Part shown: in pieces, positions 59,896-64,000 of the stretch
Layout: each line of letters begins with the position of its first letter
How positions within the stretch are numbered: position 1 is the first letter of the stretch
Assembly: GCA_002269645.1 (NCBI GenBank)
Contig: NIVC01001187.1
Coordinates: forward strand, 62,001 to 126,000
From: Macrostomum lignano
Taxonomy: Eukaryota
Direction: 5' to 3'
Length of the DNA: 64,000 nt
Position numbers and translations under genes: made by a program
Notes under the pieces: model-generated
The model's database searches: none
Told to the model about the DNA's origin: nothing
Seen by the model: the letters and a program-made list of their open reading frames with translations, nothing else

Positions 59896-60957
59896 TCAGC
59901 AGATACCGCAGGAACCACCTTTGCTCCACTCCTTGCCGCCTCCACCGCTGCTGCTTCCGTGACTGCTCCACTCCTTGCCGCCTCCACCGCTGCTGCTTCC
60001 GTGACTGCTCCACTCCTTGCCGCCTCCACCGCTGCTGCTTCCGTGACTGCTCCACTCCTTGCCGCCTCCACTGCTGCTGTTTCCGTGATTGCTCCACTCC
60101 TTGCCGCCTCCACCGCTGCTGCTTCCGTGACGGCTCCACTCCTTGCCGCCTCCACCGCTGCTGCTTCCGTGACTGCTCCACTCCTTGCCGCCTCCACCGC
60201 TGCTGCTTCCGTGACTGCTCCACTCCTTGCCGCCTCCACCGCTACTGCTTCCGTGACGGCTCCACTCCTTGCCGCCTCCACCGCTGCTGCTTCCGTGATT
60301 GCTCCACTCCTTGCCGCCTCCACCGCTGCTGCTTCCGTGACTGCTCCACTCCTTGCCGCCTCCACCGCTGCTGCTTCCGTGACTGCTCCACTCCTTGCCG
60401 CCTCCACCGCTGCTGCTTCCGTGACTGCTCCACTCCTTGCCGCCTCCACCGCTGCTGCTTCCGTGACTGCTCCACTCCTTGCCGCCTCCACCGCTGCTGC
60501 TTCCGTGACTGCTCCACTCCTTGCCGCCTCCACCGCTGCTGCTTCTGTGACTGCTCCACTCCTTGCCGCCTCCACCGCTGCTGCTTCCGTGACTGCTCCA
60601 CTCCTTTCCTCCTCCACTGCTGCTGTTTCCGTGACGGCTCCACTCCTTGCCGCCTCCACTGCTGCTGCTTCCGTGACTGCTCCACTCCTTTCCTCCTCCA
60701 CCGCTGCTGCTTCCGTGACTGCTCCACTCCTTGCCGCCTCCACCGCTGCTGCTTCCGTGACTGCTCCACTCCTTGCCGCCTCCACCGCTGCTGCTTCCGT
60801 GACTGCTCCACTCCTTGCCGCCTCCACCGCTGCTGCTTCCGTGACTGCTCCATTCTTTTCCTTCACTGCTGGCTGGATATCCGAAGGCTTGATCCGTTCC
60901 GCAGGCTACAGCAGTCAGACAAAGGACTAGAAGATACAGCCTTAGTCTCTTCGCCAT
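59896..60957 (-). CDS. Secreted Gly/Ser/His/Trp tandem-repeat protein (22 x KEWSSHGSSSGGGG), 353 aa
   Basis: ATG 60957, signal peptide MAKRLRLYLLVLCLTAVACG in frame with the 42-bp repeats, C-terminal GSCGIC-stop. The unit variant GGA GGA GGA AAG is silent in this frame but not in the overlapping AAAVEAARS frame. Confidence 0.75.
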   Translation of the reverse strand: MAKRLRLYLLVLCLTAVACGTDQAFGYPASSEGKEWSSHGSSSGGGGKEWSSHGSSSGGGGKEWSSHGSSSGGGGKEWSSHGSSSGGGGKEWSSHGSSSSGGGKEWSRHGNSSSGGGKEWSSHGSSSGGGGKEWSSHRSSSGGGGKEWSSHGSSSGGGGKEWSSHGSSSGGGGKEWSSHGSSSGGGGKEWSSHGSSSGGGGKEWSSHGSSSGGGGKEWSNHGSSSGGGGKEWSRHGSSSGGGGKEWSSHGSSSGGGGKEWSSHGSSSGGGGKEWSRHGSSSGGGGKEWSNHGNSSSGGGKEWSSHGSSSGGGGKEWSSHGSSSGGGGKEWSSHGSSSGGGGKEWSKGGSCGIC

Positions 60958-62061
60958 TACTAAGCAGTTCTTTTGAATCCTAGCTAGAAGCAAATAGAAA
61001 AAGATGCAGCTCTAACCATGCCAATACTCTACTTGGTCGTCAGGGTTAAATAGTCTGCTTAGCTCGCCGGCACGTTGACCACACTGGTTTACTGCACGTG
61101 ACAGCTTTCTAAAAGCTTTTCCGAAACCCAATTCCACTTCGGCCAAAGGTTTGCAAATTAACTTTAAAAGAAGCGTCTCTGCTGGAATGGAATTTCCCTC
61201 AATGGAAAACCTGCTTTGTTCACGTCTGGGAGTCTTGTTTGACCGGTTTAGCGGAAAATACGCCCGTAAGCAGCAGCTAAAATGCTCGTTATACTTCCAA
61301 CTTTTTTCACCTGCCGTTCCAGATTTGTACTCGTATTTTGGCGAGTTGCTTGCTCTGCTTCAATCTTCTTAGTAATTTGTCACGCTTTACCGGACGCTTT
61401 AGGACCCTTTGCCGGAAATGCTTCCGGAGACCGGCAATTAGACAGATTTCTCGACAAACAATGTCTATGGCGAACCCCCCATTCAGCGCTATGCAAAAGA
61501 CAAATCTTAGCAAAATCCGTTTAGAAAGCACATCTGTAGTTTGAGCGTTGCAGTTCTCGAATAATCTTGCTTTTTCAAACTTTCAACTAACTTTTGAGTT
61601 CACCTCAATCGAAACGATTCACACACTTGCTTGATTTGGACTTCGGAAGTGCGCTAGGCAGTGAAATGTTGGGAATTTAGTGCTAAAAAACTGAAAACTT
61701 GCAGTCTCGCCAATTGCAGTCTCGCCAACTTGCAGTCTCGCGACATTGTCACGATTTAAGCGTCTTTCAGTTTTCATGTACCTGTTCAATGTTCATGCAT
61801 GGTTTGCCCAAGGACGACTCTTTAAGTCATCATTGGGTTTGCCTGCAGCTGTTTCATCAACGCAAACTGCTTATTCGTATGCCAGACTTCCACAACTTTG
61901 AGCTCGCCTTTCAAAAACAGAGATACCACTTCTCGAGGCAGTGTTCCCAAAGTCGAAATAAGTAGACGCGTCTGCCTTAATGTATCAAGTAGGAGATACG
62001 TGGCCATTTTTCTCAATTATTTAGCTGTCTATAGGATCAGACGGCATGAATTCAAATTATA

Positions 62062-62340
62062 CGAGGGGTGTCCCAAAAGTTCCCGGAATCTTTGCCCCAG
62101 CTCCTCAGTACCTTGACCAATTTTTATGGTTTATGTGTCAAACTAAAGATAATTTTTCAACGAAAAAACTTGTCATTTGAATTTCCTTTCTATCTGGTTT
62201 CGGTTAGGAGTTACACCAGGAAATGTGAAGGAATGTCAGTACCAGTGTTACACACCCAGAATGCTCAATCAGCGATTTTATGTAATTAAACTGCGTAGAA
62301 ATAGATATTCATACAAACTAAGTAGCCATAGACTATTACT
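62062..62340 (+). mobile_element. Left end of a decayed mariner element
   Basis: TA + CGAGGGGTGTCCCAAAAGT mariner-like TIR followed by a degenerate QR.YVIKL N-terminus; no right TIR found. Confidence 0.45.
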
Positions 62341-62638
62341 CAAATGTGCAGCACAAGACCGCCTAACTTATTAAGTCAGTAACATTTGAGTAATAGTCTA
62401 TGGCTACTGTTGGGCTGCGCCCTTCCAAAAATCAGTTTTTTTGCAAAATTCAACTTTGAATTCGTCATAAAGATGTGGAAACGTCTATGGATGAAACCAG
62501 TAAATTGCTGATTAGATCTAGTGGTGCCAGCGCTTGCTTCTTTTTCATGAAGGTTTTGCGTCTTTATGCCTTGAAATTGATTGTTCTATCTATCTTGGAT
62601 TCTCTTACGATTTAACTGGCTGAAGCCTAGCTTTAGAA

Positions 62639-63030
62639 CAGGGGTCGGTGAACTTTTACCACAATTAAGACCAGATAAAGAGTCCAGACCATTGCTGCGG
62701 GACAGATGAGAGTGGAAGGGGGTATAGCGGAGAGAGATGAAAAGGAGATGAGATGAGAGAAGAGTGGTGAACTTTGAGATAGATGCGATGGGAGAGAAGA
62801 CAAGAGGAGAGAAGGAGAGGAGAGAGAGATCAGATAGGAGGAAAGAGGAGAGGGGATATACGTGGAGAGGAGAGATGAGAAACGAGGGAGAGGGGAAAAA
62901 GAGAGGAGGGGAAAGAGAAGAGCTAAGAAGACACAAACTTTGAGCGGGCATTGCTATTGTAAAGTTTTAAAGGACCCGAGGGCCGGATAGAGAGGCTTTG
63001 CAGGCCGCATGTGGCCCGAGAATTGCCCGC
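62639..63030. mobile_element. Degenerate hAT-like MITE fragment
   Basis: Starts CAGGGGTCGGTGAACTT and has GGGCCG/GGCCGCATGTGGCCCG subterminal motifs near 62980-63020; no TSD or clean right TIR. Confidence 0.4.
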
Positions 63031-63692
63031 AGACGAATTCCCACCGAGATTTGCCTGAGGAGACAACACCCGAATTTTATCATTTCAGCTGCTAAATATT
63101 AAAAGTAAAATAGACAGCGACAGATAATTTGTATTTTTACAATTGATTAAAATAGAGTTTATCAATTAAATAGTTCAACTTCATATTTTAAAGGTAATTA
63201 CATGCGCATAATTGTTATGATACAGACAATAAAAGATGCTAATACTCTGTGGTAAAATGTGCTAAATACCAGTAAATTAGAGTTACTGAGCAAAATTAAT
63301 GACTAAGGGGTCACATTACATTGCCTGTACACAAGCTGATCAAATGTAGCCACAATGCAATGCAAACCAGTCGTAACAGTATGTTATTACAAAGGGAATT
63401 TACCCAAAGAATATTAGCTTCTGTGCCCAACATTCAAAGGGCATGCGTGGGCTTTCAATCCGCATCTTTTTTGAAACAAAAAAGCAAATTCTTGTGCCCT
63501 CAAGACTCTGACATTTTTGGTACCAAAGACTGGTATCCCTAATAGGTACAGCTGCAATCTGCATATTCCAACAGCTTTGATTGCTGGCTATTTGAAAACT
63601 TGGCTGTAATGTGAGGAACAAAATATAAGACAAACTTCGTGTGAGTTGCTTCATTGCTTGAATCGGTGCATTCGGATACAGCAGAAAAATTT

Positions 63693-64000
63693 CTAGAGGG
63701 CCCGAGAGGACTGTCCATTGCTGCCGCAGCTCAAGCAGAAGCCGCTAGTGGAGCCGCAGCGACAGCGAGGACAACAGAAAGGCAGCCGGGCTGAGTGCAC
63801 CTTCTCCAAGTGGCTCATCAAGTTAATCTTCTGAACAAAGCCTTTATGGCACATTGAGCAGTGAAAGTCCTTAGCAACCAGGTGAATCTTTCTGTGTGTG
63901 TGCAGGTTGGCCTGCTGACTGAACTTCCGGCCGCAGAGGTCACAGAAGAACGGCTGCTCACCTGTGTGCACTCGCTCGTGGTCCAGTAGGTTGACTCTCT
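63693..64000 (-). CDS. C2H2 zinc-finger protein, 3' end (starts beyond right edge)
   Basis: HERVHTGEQPFFCDLCGRKFSQQANLHTHRKIH...CSMCHKGF...HLEKVH: tandem C2H2 fingers with a TGE-P linker. Confidence 0.88.
   Translation of the reverse strand, partial: RVNLLDHERVHTGEQPFFCDLCGRKFSQQANLHTHRKIHLVAKDFHCSMCHKGFVQKINLMSHLEKVHSARLPFCCPRCRCGSTSGFCLSCGSNGQSSRAL

Noticed and set aside
59889-60930. Alternative frames AVTEAAAVEAARSG and TAPLLAASTAAASV
   Set aside because: No signal peptide or convincing start; a silent unit variant favours the KEWS frame.

Overview
Eukaryotic (metazoan) genomic DNA. GC-rich spliced exons, a different minisatellite in almost every intron and AT-rich intergenic DNA suggest a free-living flatworm such as Macrostomum (inference, not verified). 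Host genes, all reconstructed by hand from splice sites and reading frame: a vWF/SCO-spondin/hemolectin-like secreted protein (minus, runs off the left edge), THUMPD1, CACYBP, CCDC93, VWA3A, a GPI-anchored Ly6/three-finger protein, a secreted protein made of 22 KEWSSHGSSSGGGG repeats, and the 3' end of a C2H2 zinc-finger gene. Mobile DNA: a full-length 5.9-kb LOA/R1-group LINE inserted in a 30-bp minisatellite, a 12-kb foldback element with ~2.7-kb inverted arms and a 7-bp TSD, several MITEs, and Merlin, RTE and mariner relics. Best leads: (1) a complete HDV-like ribozyme fold with a covarying P1.1, whose predicted cleavage site is exactly the LINE 5' end; (2) a CACYBP-THUMPD1 pair in which THUMPD1 has no genomic start codon and would gain one in frame from a flatworm spliced leader ending in AUG; (3) the secreted Trp/His/Ser/Gly repeat protein; (4) the giant foldback element.
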